NCBI GenBank assembly: GCA_963662545.2
Contig: CAXXLL010000003.1
Location: 2,368,001-2,432,000 of the forward strand
From: Gammaproteobacteria bacterium
GTDB taxonomy: Bacteria > Pseudomonadota > Gammaproteobacteria > Ga0077536
Direction: 5' to 3'
DNA: 64,000 nucleotides
Part shown: in pieces, positions 17,915-27,246 of the stretch
Layout of the letters: every line of letters starts with the position of its first letter
How positions within the stretch are numbered: position 1 is the stretch's first letter
The notes under the pieces: model-generated
Seen by the model: only the letters and a program-made list of their open reading frames with translations
Told to the model about the DNA's origin: nothing
The model's database searches: none
Made by a program: the position numbers and the translations under genes

Positions 17915-19510
17915 ATGAACGCTAAACCAAATTTCCTCAGAGGCACCGTCGTCGCGGTGAGTTTTGTCGCGCTTGCCGTCTTTTATCTTTTCTGGAGTTG
18001 GAGCACCGTGCTGGCGGACTTTGGCGGCGACAACGCGGTTTACTGGCTGACGGCGAATTACTGGTCGCCCTGGGGTAGCGCTATCGCACCGGCGGCGTAT
18101 TTCGCCTCGACCAGCATCTATCCCCCGCTTTATCCGATCATGCTCGCGGCACTCGGCGGCGGCGAATCGCTGATCGTCGCCCACCTCGTGTCCGCCGGAT
18201 TCATCGTGCTGGCCTTTATCGCCATCTATCGCTTCGCCATTGTTCTCGGCGTGCATTGGAGCTTGGCGCTGATCCTCGTCGTCTTGTTTGCCGGAACCCG
18301 TATCACCTTGATCGAGGCCTTGCAGATCCACAGCGAGCACCTATATCTGCTCCTTACTTATACAGCGCTGTATCTCGCGCACCATAAAGCCGATCGCCCG
18401 GCGCTCTACCTCGCGGCGGCCTGCGTGGCTGGCGCTTTTCTCACGCGCAGCTTCGGTCTGACCCTGGCCGCAAGTTTTCTCGCGTGGATTGCGATTGCTC
18501 ATTCGCGCGCCCTGCCTGCATGCGCGGCTATCGTCGGCCTGCCGGTCGTCTTGTGGAGTTCACTCCACGGCAGCAGCTCGCAGTATCTGAACTCGATGGC
18601 GGAAATCTATGGCCAGAGCGGCATCGCGATACAACTATCCGATAATTTGAATTATCTGTGGATCAAGTGGCTTTACTGTTTTGGCGAAACCGAACAGGCT
18701 GGTTTTACGACTTACGGCCCGGTCGCGATCGCCTTGATCAGTGGTTGCGGCACGCTGGTTCGGCTGCGCGCCGGCGCGCTCGACGGCTTGTACGCGCTCG
18801 CGTACCTCCTGCTGGTTGTCCTTTGGCCCTATCCCGCGGAATACGAACGGCTGCTCTACCCCATCCTGCCCTTACTGTTCGTGCACGGTCTACTCGCAGT
18901 TACGTTACTGATGCGGCGCTGGATGCCTGCCTACAGCCCCACCCACGCGGCGGTCGTTTATACGGTCTTGTTGCTCGCGACCGAGCTGCCATTCGCGCTG
19001 CTGGCGGGGAGCCGCCTCGCCGATGTACCGGACGACCCCGGTTTCGCACCTTACACCCGCACTCTCGCCTGGTTTTATGCAGACCCGGGAACGGCCATCG
19101 TGAACATCGGCTACCAGCGCGGCATCACCGAGGCCCTCACCGATATCCACGATCGCAATCGTGTCCCGACCGATGAATGCATGCTGTCGATCAAACCGTC
19201 GATCATCGCGCTATACTCGGGCCGCCGTTCCCACAGTCCGCCGTCGTCCAGCTTGTCACCGCAAGCTTTGCTGGAACAGGTGCGGGAGGGGCCCTGCAAC
19301 TATCTCTTCATGATGCAAAGCGCGAGCCCGTCCTTTCCGGAGCCATATTACCCCTACCGGCGCCTCGAACCGCACCTTGAAATCGTCGCCGCCTACGCAA
19401 ATCCAGTGGTGCACGGCAGACCGGCGGCAATGCTTGGCCGCATCGCCGAGCGACCGGCGGCGCCAGCACTGCGGTCGTCTGGCGACGGCCATGCCCGGGC
19501 GCTACACTGA
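17915..19510 (+). CDS. GT-C fold (ArnT/PMT-like) polytopic membrane glycosyltransferase
   Basis: Asp in first loop (GGDNAVY), YPPLYP, SEHLY, >10 hydrophobic segments; start trimmed to ATG 17915. Confidence 0.75.
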   Translation: MNAKPNFLRGTVVAVSFVALAVFYLFWSWSTVLADFGGDNAVYWLTANYWSPWGSAIAPAAYFASTSIYPPLYPIMLAALGGGESLIVAHLVSAGFIVLAFIAIYRFAIVLGVHWSLALILVVLFAGTRITLIEALQIHSEHLYLLLTYTALYLAHHKADRPALYLAAACVAGAFLTRSFGLTLAASFLAWIAIAHSRALPACAAIVGLPVVLWSSLHGSSSQYLNSMAEIYGQSGIAIQLSDNLNYLWIKWLYCFGETEQAGFTTYGPVAIALISGCGTLVRLRAGALDGLYALAYLLLVVLWPYPAEYERLLYPILPLLFVHGLLAVTLLMRRWMPAYSPTHAAVVYTVLLLATELPFALLAGSRLADVPDDPGFAPYTRTLAWFYADPGTAIVNIGYQRGITEALTDIHDRNRVPTDECMLSIKPSIIALYSGRRSHSPPSSSLSPQALLEQVREGPCNYLFMMQSASPSFPEPYYPYRRLEPHLEIVAAYANPVVHGRPAAMLGRIAERPAAPALRSSGDGHARALH

Positions 19511-19539
19511 TCGGCAGTCAGCTCAGCGAGAAGAAGACA

Positions 19540-20304
19540 ATGAAAAGTTCGATGGATATCAATTGCGATATGGGTGAGAGCTTCGGCAACTGGAATATGG
19601 GCAATGACGAAGGAATGATGCCGCGGATCACGACCGCCAACGTCGCCTGCGGATTTCATGCGAGCGATCCCCTGACCATGCTGGAAACAGTCAAACTCGC
19701 CAAGAAACATAAGGTCGAGGTCGGCTCTCATCCGGGACTTCCCGATCTCCTCGGCTTCGGCCGGCGCGCCATGAACATCACGCCAGAAGATGCGCATGCC
19801 TATGTCGTTTATCAAACGGGCGCGTTGCAGGCCGCGCTCAGGGTTCACGGCATGCGCCTGCACCACATCAAGCCGCACGGCGCCTTTTATTCCATCCTGC
19901 GCGCGGACGAGGCGCTGGCGGACGCGGTCGCGGACGCGATCGCGGAGATCTCCGATTCGCCCATACTGTATTGGCCGGCACCGACTGATGCCGCCATGCC
20001 GTCGGCGGCGAAGAAAAAGGGCATACGCGTCGTCGGCGAGATCTATCCGGACCTCATTTACGCGCCCGACGGCTCGCTCATCCTGCAACGCTCCAAGCAC
20101 GAAACCGACACCGAATTCGCCGCCGCACAGGTTAAGCGCTTTGTCGAAACGGGCAAGGTCGAAGCCAACGATGGTTCGCTCATTGCACTCGATGCCGAGA
20201 GCATCTGCATCCACGGCGACGGTCCGAACGCCACGGCGGTCGGCGATTCGGTGCGCGACATGCTCGAGCAAATCGGCTGCGACATCAGCCCGGTCATGGC
20301 CTGA
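19540..20304 (+). CDS. pxpA: 5-oxoprolinase subunit A (LamB/YcsF family)
   Basis: DINCDMGESFG, ANVACGFHA, HPGLPDLLGFGRR, HIKPHGA, SICIHGD. Confidence 0.88.
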   Translation: MKSSMDINCDMGESFGNWNMGNDEGMMPRITTANVACGFHASDPLTMLETVKLAKKHKVEVGSHPGLPDLLGFGRRAMNITPEDAHAYVVYQTGALQAALRVHGMRLHHIKPHGAFYSILRADEALADAVADAIAEISDSPILYWPAPTDAAMPSAAKKKGIRVVGEIYPDLIYAPDGSLILQRSKHETDTEFAAAQVKRFVETGKVEANDGSLIALDAESICIHGDGPNATAVGDSVRDMLEQIGCDISPVMA

Positions 20305-20333
20305 GCCGCGTGAAATGATCAACGGGTAACAAC

Positions 20334-21365
20334 ATGAAATTCGGATTGCTGTTCTCTCAACAAGTCCCACCGGCGAGCGAACTGTCATGGCGCGAGCCCT
20401 ACGATGACATGCTCACTTGTCTGCCGCGCGCCGAGGACCTGGGATACGAATCCTGCTTCCAGGTGTCGCATCACGCGCAGAAAGACGGATTGTGCCCGGG
20501 ACCTTTGATCGCCTGCGCAGGCGCGGCGGCAGTGACCAAGCACATGCGGATCGGCACGGGCGTTCTGCTCGTGCCGATGTATGCGCCGCTCAAACTCGCC
20601 GAAGACGTCGCCGTGCTCGACAATCTGTCGGGCGGTCGCTTCATCTTCGGCGTGGCGCCCGGCTACGTCGCCAAGGAGTTCGAGGCGCATGGGGTACCGC
20701 GTGAGGAGCGCGTCGGACGCTTCGAGGAAGCCCTCGACCTCATGACCCTGGCCTGGACCGAAGAAACCTTCTCCTTCGACGGCCGTTATTACAAGGTACC
20801 CGAGACGCAGCTGACGCCGAAACCGGCGCAATCGCCGCATCCACCGATCTGGTACGGCGTTTCCGCCAAGTCTTCGCTCAGGCGCGCGGCCAAACGGCAC
20901 GCGGTTCAAATCATGTCGCCGCGGCACGGTCCCGAGGAATTGATCGACCATTTCAAACCCTACGAGGAAGCGGCGGCGGCTGAGGGGTGGACGATTCCGG
21001 AGCGCCCCATCATCCGCTCGGTATTCATCGCAGAATCGCACGCCAAGGCTGAAGAGATCGCGGCGCCCGCGCTGAATTATCTCTTCACTGAACTCTATGG
21101 CGCAGCTTCAGCCGCAGGCGACCGAGTGCTGCGGGCGGCCGACGGCTCGGTCATCACCGACAAGAACCAGGTCGGATTCGACAATTTCAAGAACCGCTAT
21201 ATCATCGGCGACCCCGCGTTCGCCATCGAGCAACTGGAGCTCTATCGCGACGCCGTCCAGCCGACCGAGGTCGTGTGCTGGATGCATATGCCCGGCATCA
21301 GCGGCAGCGATGCGATGCGCTCGGTCGAACTCTTTGCGCGCGAAGTCATACCTCACTTCAAGTGA
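20334..21365 (+). CDS. LLM-class flavin-dependent oxidoreductase
   Basis: MKFGL, RIGTGVLL, LAEDVAVLDNLSGGRFIFGVAPGY, PKPAQSPHPPIW. Confidence 0.92.
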   Translation: MKFGLLFSQQVPPASELSWREPYDDMLTCLPRAEDLGYESCFQVSHHAQKDGLCPGPLIACAGAAAVTKHMRIGTGVLLVPMYAPLKLAEDVAVLDNLSGGRFIFGVAPGYVAKEFEAHGVPREERVGRFEEALDLMTLAWTEETFSFDGRYYKVPETQLTPKPAQSPHPPIWYGVSAKSSLRRAAKRHAVQIMSPRHGPEELIDHFKPYEEAAAAEGWTIPERPIIRSVFIAESHAKAEEIAAPALNYLFTELYGAASAAGDRVLRAADGSVITDKNQVGFDNFKNRYIIGDPAFAIEQLELYRDAVQPTEVVCWMHMPGISGSDAMRSVELFAREVIPHFK

Positions 21366-22237
21366 GCCTCGGCAAGGGCGAGCCGCCCGGTGCTGTGGCA
21401 ATGTCGGCGTGCCCCGTCTGCGGGTCGGTGCCGGATTCCTATCTGATGCCCTGGCTCCGGCGCTGCGGTGGCTGCGGTCTGCGTTCGGCCAGCCTCGAGG
21501 GGGACGTGGCGCATGGCTGGGACGATGCAGCCGAAATCGCGATGGCGCCGCTGAGGCGGGATGCCGCACGACGTCTGCTGGCAGAGCTCGCCCGGGTAAC
21601 CGTGCCCGGATCGAAGCGCCTGCTCGATGTCGGGTGCGGCCCCGGCTGGTTTCTCAAGGCCGCGCTAGAGGCGGGTTTTGCAGTCTCCGGTATCGAGCCC
21701 GACGCCCGCCTTGCCGCGCGTGGTCGCGAGGCCGGGCTCGACGTCATCACCGGCCGGTTTCCCGTTGCTGCGGGAAACACGCCCCGCGACATCATCACCT
21801 TCAACGACGTTTTCGAACACCTGCCGTCGCCGCTTGAAGCGCTGGCAGCGGTACGCGCGCAGTTGGTGACGGGTGGATTGCTGATGTTAAACCTGCCGTC
21901 GCACGCGGGACCCGTTTACCGCGCGAGCGAAATCCTCGCGCGCACCGGCATTACGCGGCCGCTGGAACGAATGTGGCAGAAAGACTTCGAAAGCCCGCAT
22001 CTTTTCTATTACGCGCCCACCGATCTCGATCGACTGATTGAGGGACGCGGTTTCGAACGCATCCGCACCTTTACCTTGCCAAGCATTTCCGTGCGGCGCT
22101 TGTGGACGCGGATCCGCGCCGATGCAAACCGCAAGCTTGCTGGTGATGTGCTGACTTACGTAGCGGCGCTCAGCGCGGTGCCAATCCTAAAGCTGCTGCC
22201 ATCGGATATCATGGTACGCATCTACCGGCGTCTTTGA
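21362..22237 (+). CDS. Class I SAM-dependent methyltransferase with N-terminal zinc ribbon
   Basis: CPVC..CGGC, LLDVGCGPGWF, DVFEHLPSP; GTGA overlap with the upstream stop. Confidence 0.85.
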   Translation: MSLGKGEPPGAVAMSACPVCGSVPDSYLMPWLRRCGGCGLRSASLEGDVAHGWDDAAEIAMAPLRRDAARRLLAELARVTVPGSKRLLDVGCGPGWFLKAALEAGFAVSGIEPDARLAARGREAGLDVITGRFPVAAGNTPRDIITFNDVFEHLPSPLEALAAVRAQLVTGGLLMLNLPSHAGPVYRASEILARTGITRPLERMWQKDFESPHLFYYAPTDLDRLIEGRGFERIRTFTLPSISVRRLWTRIRADANRKLAGDVLTYVAALSAVPILKLLPSDIMVRIYRRL

Positions 22238-22240
22238 TCG

Positions 22241-23386
22241 ATGGACAAATCCTCGCGCGTGCTCATTTCCGGTGCCGGCGTCGCCGGGCTCACTGCCGCC
22301 ATCTGGCTTGGGCGTAATGGGTTCAAACCGGTCGTCGTCGAGCAGGCCGCGGACGTGCGCGCGGACGGTTACATCGTTTCCCTTTCGCACCGTTCCTACC
22401 GCTACGCCGATGCACTCGACCTACTGCCGGAACTCGAACAACGCACCTGCGGCGTCGTGGCTTCGAGCTACCATCGCGCCGGCGGCGCCGCTTTACTCGA
22501 ACTCGACTACGCACGCCTTTTCGATGGGGTCGACGTCATCCAGATCATGCGGGATGACCTGCAGGATATCCTCTATGAGAAGGCAAAGGACCTCGCGGAG
22601 TTTCGTTTCGGCGCGAGCGTGGGTGGGATCGATCACGGCGAGCACTGCTCTCAGGTCCGCTTTACCGACGGTCGCGAGGAGGCATACGAGGTTGTGATCG
22701 GCGCGGACGGGCTACACTCGGCGATACGCCGCCTCGCGTTCGGCGATCGCGAGGTGAGCATGCGCTTCCTCCGGCTATGCTCGGCTGCCTACCCGCTGCC
22801 GAATATTTTCCATCTCGAACGCAAGTTCGAGACGCACATGGAACGCGACCGCTACATGGCAATGTTCACGACTCCCGCCGGGGGCCTCGCTTCCGTGTTC
22901 GTGTGGCGCACCGCACTCAGCGAAGCGCCGCCGCCGGCCGAGCGCCGGCAGGTGCTCCTCAACGCCTACGCCGACACGCGGGCTGCTACGCGACAGGTAC
23001 TCGAACATTGTCCCGACGATGGCGCGTTCTACATGGATCCGCTCATCCAGGTACGCATGAGTCAGTGGTATCAGAACCAGTCCGTACTGGTCGGCGATGC
23101 CGCACACTGCATGACGCTCATATCGGGACAGGGCGCGACGATGGCCTTCACCGGCGCTTGCGTGCTAAGCGAACGGCTCGTCGCGCTTCCGGCGGCAGAA
23201 GCTTTCCAAGCCTACCAGCAGGATCTTCAGACGACGGTTTTTGACGTTCAGGATCGGACCCGCAGCATGGCCCGTTGGTACGTGCCGTGCACCATCTGGC
23301 GGCAGACCCTACGCGACGCCGCCATGTGGTTGTTGCCGACGGCGTATTTCGAAAATCATTTCAAAGCCAAGTATTCGCGCGCCTGA
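22241..23386 (+). CDS. FAD-dependent monooxygenase
   Basis: VLISGAGVAGL, IGADGLHS, LVGDAAH, SGQGA. Confidence 0.9.
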   Translation: MDKSSRVLISGAGVAGLTAAIWLGRNGFKPVVVEQAADVRADGYIVSLSHRSYRYADALDLLPELEQRTCGVVASSYHRAGGAALLELDYARLFDGVDVIQIMRDDLQDILYEKAKDLAEFRFGASVGGIDHGEHCSQVRFTDGREEAYEVVIGADGLHSAIRRLAFGDREVSMRFLRLCSAAYPLPNIFHLERKFETHMERDRYMAMFTTPAGGLASVFVWRTALSEAPPPAERRQVLLNAYADTRAATRQVLEHCPDDGAFYMDPLIQVRMSQWYQNQSVLVGDAAHCMTLISGQGATMAFTGACVLSERLVALPAAEAFQAYQQDLQTTVFDVQDRTRSMARWYVPCTIWRQTLRDAAMWLLPTAYFENHFKAKYSRA

Positions 23387-23398
23387 GGTCACCGCCGA

Positions 23399-24220
23399 AT
23401 GGAGCTGACCTTCACACTGGATCTGGAGAATCATCGCGGCGGCGACGTGCGCTACCGCAACAATGCGCGGCGGATCCTCGATTTCTTCGAAGAACAGGCG
23501 ATCCACGCGACGATATTCATCGTCGGCGAACTGGTGAATGCCGAGCGGGAATTGATCACACGGGCCAACGCCGCCGGCCATGAGCTGGCGCTGCATTCCT
23601 TCCGGCATACACCGCTCACTGCCGAAAATCGGGACCGGTACGCAGTGCGGCTCACCGCGGCCAAAAAGGCGCTCGAAGATGTGAGCGGCCGACGGGTCAC
23701 GGGTTATCGGGCGCCGGTTTTCTCTCTGACGCCGGCCACGACCTGGGTGCTGCCGCTGCTCCAAGAAGCCGGCATTGAATACTCCTCGAGCGTGCTGCCG
23801 GCGCGTCACCCGCTGTACGGTTATGAGCAGGCGCCGCGCCGCGTGTTCCGCTGGCCACAGGGTCTTCTCGAGATCCCGGTTCCCCTAGCCCGTTTCGCCG
23901 GCACGGAAATTCCGTTTCTCGGCGGAATTTACCTACGCTACCTGCCGAGCGTCGTAGTGCGCGCCTACGGCGCTACCAATGGTCAGACCCTGTGGAGCTA
24001 CATCCATCCGTATGATGTCGACGCCACCGAGCCTTACTTTCGCTTCCCGGGAACGAGCTTGCTGATGAGCCTTTTGTTGTGGCGCAACCGCAAATGCACC
24101 TTGACCAAGCTCGGCCGACTTGCGGCCGGAGCTGAGATCCTGGCGCCGTTCGCCGACAGGATCGCCGCCGGAGAATTCCGCGATGCGCCGCTGTATCAAT
24201 CCGAACACCGGCTCGCGTGA
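23399..24220 (+). CDS. Polysaccharide deacetylase (XrtA/PEP-CTERM-associated type)
   Basis: FTLDLE, GHELALHSFRH, GYRAPVFSL, YSSS, GGIYLR, YIHPYD. Confidence 0.88.
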   Translation: MELTFTLDLENHRGGDVRYRNNARRILDFFEEQAIHATIFIVGELVNAERELITRANAAGHELALHSFRHTPLTAENRDRYAVRLTAAKKALEDVSGRRVTGYRAPVFSLTPATTWVLPLLQEAGIEYSSSVLPARHPLYGYEQAPRRVFRWPQGLLEIPVPLARFAGTEIPFLGGIYLRYLPSVVVRAYGATNGQTLWSYIHPYDVDATEPYFRFPGTSLLMSLLLWRNRKCTLTKLGRLAAGAEILAPFADRIAAGEFRDAPLYQSEHRLA

Positions 24221-24224
24221 CGGA

Positions 24225-24941
24225 TCACGTTGCGCAGATCGGTTTCCGCGCGATCACGATGCAAGAGGCACCTATGATGCCAGCAGCGAGGCCCATAATA
24301 TCTTTCGAGCGCCACCGCAGAACCGGGAAGCTGACTTCCTCGTGCTCGATTTCGAGCCCGGCCGCGGTCAGGTAGGTGCGCAGGTCCTCAATGCTGTGCA
24401 CGAATTGAGGAAACTCCGGCAGGCCGCGAAGTCGGTCCACGACACTCAGACAGGCGTGCGCGAGACGGTGTACCAGTGCTGCGCCATTGCGCCATACCAG
24501 CACGGCGCGGCCGCCCGGTCTGAGCACGCGCGCCGCCTCAAGCGCGAAGATCTTCAAACCCTCTGCGCGCTGTTGATTGAAGAACTGACAGCTCGTGAGT
24601 TCGTCGATGCTTTCATCTCTGAGCGGCAGCGCGAATGCGTCGGCGCGGACGACGGGAAAACCGTTGGTAAGCGCCGCTTGGCACGCATCGGCGTTAAAAT
24701 CGATCCCGAATACAACGCGACGGCCGTCGACCAGGGGACGCAACATGAGGCCCGAGCCGCACGCGATGTCCACCACGATGGATGCTTCCGGGTCCAGCAA
24801 TCCGTGCAGGACGGACTGCTCGCGCAAGAAATAGGCGCGCGTACGATAGCCGTTGGCCAAAGGGTTACGCTCGCCGAAACGCTCGCGTATATCGGCGTAG
24901 AGACGGTCAGTCCTCTTGTCAACTCGCATGCTTCTCACCAT
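24225..24941 (-). CDS. Class I SAM-dependent methyltransferase
   Basis: VVDIACGSG, ADAFALP, EAARVLRPGG. Confidence 0.85.
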   Translation of the reverse strand: MVRSMRVDKRTDRLYADIRERFGERNPLANGYRTRAYFLREQSVLHGLLDPEASIVVDIACGSGLMLRPLVDGRRVVFGIDFNADACQAALTNGFPVVRADAFALPLRDESIDELTSCQFFNQQRAEGLKIFALEAARVLRPGGRAVLVWRNGAALVHRLAHACLSVVDRLRGLPEFPQFVHSIEDLRTYLTAAGLEIEHEEVSFPVLRWRSKDIMGLAAGIIGASCIVIARKPICAT

Positions 24942-25164
24942 GGGCGCGGCGCCCCGCCGCTGCCTGGGGCCGCCCAGAATAGCAATCGCCCGTGTACGCG
25001 GCCAGAATGATATCGGCGCTCAATTCCGCAGCGAAAGTTGTTCTCAGGCAGGACGGTTATTCTTCCGTCGATCGGTCTCGGTCTGATCATATTTCCCGGG
25101 CATCCGAAGGCCATCATGCGAACGGCGCTCAGCGGTTCGTTTTCGGCCCCGTGCTGAACAAATC

Positions 25165-26187
25165 ATGAAAATTCGGCGATTGGAGGACGTCGGTACTGCT
25201 GCCTGGAACGCTGCCGTCGCCGCGGCGCCGGATGGCAGTTTTTTTCATCTGGCGGAATGGGAGCCCGTCATCCGGCAGAACTTCGGATTCGAAAGTCAAT
25301 ATCTCGCTGCCGAAGATGCGACCGGGATCATCGGTGTCCTGCCACTGTTCGTCGTCAAACGCGGGCCACTCGGGATCGCTTTGATGTCCACTCCTTTATG
25401 CGTCATCGGCGGAGCCGCCGCGCTCTACCCGGAGGCAGCCGCGTTTCTCGAAGAGGCCGCGTTAGTGCGCGCGGAAACACTCGAGGTCGATTACCTGGAG
25501 CTACGCAATGCGCAGCGATGCCTGGATGGTTGGCGCAGGCATGAGCATTTCTTCTCGTTTTCGCGGCCGATACTCGGCACCGAGGAAGCAAACTTCAAAG
25601 CCATTCCGAAAAGACAGCGAACCTATATACGAAAAGCCTTGACCTTAGGGTTAACCGCGAGCATGAATCGCGACATCGAGCCGTTCTATTCATTGTACGC
25701 AGACAGTATGCACCGCCTGGGCACGCCCGCCTATCCGAAAAAATATATTCAATCCTTGCTCACGGAATTCGGTGACCGCGTGGAAATCGTTATCGTAAAA
25801 AATCAAGCACGGCCCATCGCTGCCGCGTTGTGCTTTCATTTCAATAACCAGACCTTACCTTTTTATGGAGGTGCGAGTACTGAAGCCTATTCGACCCATG
25901 CTCATACTTTTATGCTGTGGTCAGTAGTGAAACGTGCATATGAATTAGGGTTCACCATGGCCGATTTCGGCCGCAGCATTCGCGGCACAGGGTCGTTCAA
26001 CTTCAAGAAAATCTGGGGCATGAAATCACAGCCCTTGCATTATCAAACCTATCTCGTAAGAGGGCGCGCGCATCCGATCATGGACCCCACGAGCCTTCGT
26101 TTTCGCGTATTCAGCGACACCTGGAAGCGACTGCCGCGCTTCGTCGTCGACCGATTGTCGCCGTTGGCATCGAAGCTCGTCGTCTGA
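25165..26187 (+). CDS. FemAB-like GNAT protein, XrtA/PEP-CTERM-associated type
   Basis: FFHLAEW, GVLPL, STPLCVIGG, DYLELR, LGTP, PFYGG, DFGRS..GSFNFKKIWG. Confidence 0.88.
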   Translation: MKIRRLEDVGTAAWNAAVAAAPDGSFFHLAEWEPVIRQNFGFESQYLAAEDATGIIGVLPLFVVKRGPLGIALMSTPLCVIGGAAALYPEAAAFLEEAALVRAETLEVDYLELRNAQRCLDGWRRHEHFFSFSRPILGTEEANFKAIPKRQRTYIRKALTLGLTASMNRDIEPFYSLYADSMHRLGTPAYPKKYIQSLLTEFGDRVEIVIVKNQARPIAAALCFHFNNQTLPFYGGASTEAYSTHAHTFMLWSVVKRAYELGFTMADFGRSIRGTGSFNFKKIWGMKSQPLHYQTYLVRGRAHPIMDPTSLRFRVFSDTWKRLPRFVVDRLSPLASKLVV

Positions 26188-26250
26188 ACGGCTCGGCCCG
26201 ACAGCAGAAACAATCGGTTTTGTCGCATTGGTTAAGCGTTTCGTTATTAC

Positions 26251-27246
26251 TCATTTGGCCGTCGATGCTCCGGCAGGGCGCCGGCCACTGCCGGCGAGTA
26301 GATCGGTGGCAACAACGATGAGCCAGAACAGGACGGGTGCCCCGATCAAAACGAGTCGCAGCAGGATCGCCGCCGAGGCCGCGGTGGCCGCGCCGTGGCC
26401 GTACCAAGCGAGTCCGCCGGCCAGCGAGACTTCACCGATCCCGATCCCACCCACCGTCTGCAGCGGAATGACCGCCGACAGATTGTAGATAACGGCGACG
26501 GAGACACCCTGTAAAGCGGCGAGCGCCGGTACGAACGCGAGTATCACGAGCGCGAGACCGCCGAGATTAAAACCCCACTTGGCAACCGATACCCCTGCCA
26601 GCGCAGCAAGACGCCTGCGCGTGAGCAGCGAGCGCGCAGCGCGCCGGGCCTGCAACAGGGTTCGCAGAACCTGACGGAATCCGCCACGGCGGCGTAAGGG
26701 AAGCAAGACACGTGCGATTGCGGCGAAGGCTGCCGCCAGATTCACAAGGGCGAAAAGCACGACGCAGGCTAGGACTCCGCTCAGGACGACGACGACCGAG
26801 CGATCGATAAATGGGGCTTGCGCCGCGACCGCCACCGCACCAACCGCGAATAGAATCGCGACGTCGAACAAGCGCTGCACCGAAAGGTTATTCAGCGCTT
26901 CGCCGAACGAATGCCCGAGACGCCGCTGCAACATGTGCATACCCGCGAGTTCACCCAAGCGCGCCGGCAGTGTCGCGAGACCGAAAACCCACCATGCGGT
27001 AACGATGAAGGCGTCGCGTAAGGACACCGGTCCGCGGATCATGAGTTTAATGCGCAGTGCCGAGCAAACACCCTCCAACAGCAATACGCCGACGCCCAGT
27101 AGGAGCAGCCACCACGGTATCTGCCGAGCGAGCATGAACACCGTATCGAAATCGGCGAAAAACAACACCAGGCCCAGCAGGGCGGCGCTCGCGGCGGTCG
27201 AAACCACCCATGCATACAGCCGCATTTTGACGCGCGGGCCCTTCAC
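26251..27246 (-). CDS. Lysylphosphatidylglycerol-synthase-TM / flippase-like membrane protein
   Basis: LPARLGEL, QRLFD, PLQTVGGIGIGE, LLRL; GTG start overlapping the upstream TGA (ATG 27225 is the alternative). Confidence 0.82.
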   Translation of the reverse strand: MKGPRVKMRLYAWVVSTAASAALLGLVLFFADFDTVFMLARQIPWWLLLLGVGVLLLEGVCSALRIKLMIRGPVSLRDAFIVTAWWVFGLATLPARLGELAGMHMLQRRLGHSFGEALNNLSVQRLFDVAILFAVGAVAVAAQAPFIDRSVVVVLSGVLACVVLFALVNLAAAFAAIARVLLPLRRRGGFRQVLRTLLQARRAARSLLTRRRLAALAGVSVAKWGFNLGGLALVILAFVPALAALQGVSVAVIYNLSAVIPLQTVGGIGIGEVSLAGGLAWYGHGAATAASAAILLRLVLIGAPVLFWLIVVATDLLAGSGRRPAGASTAK

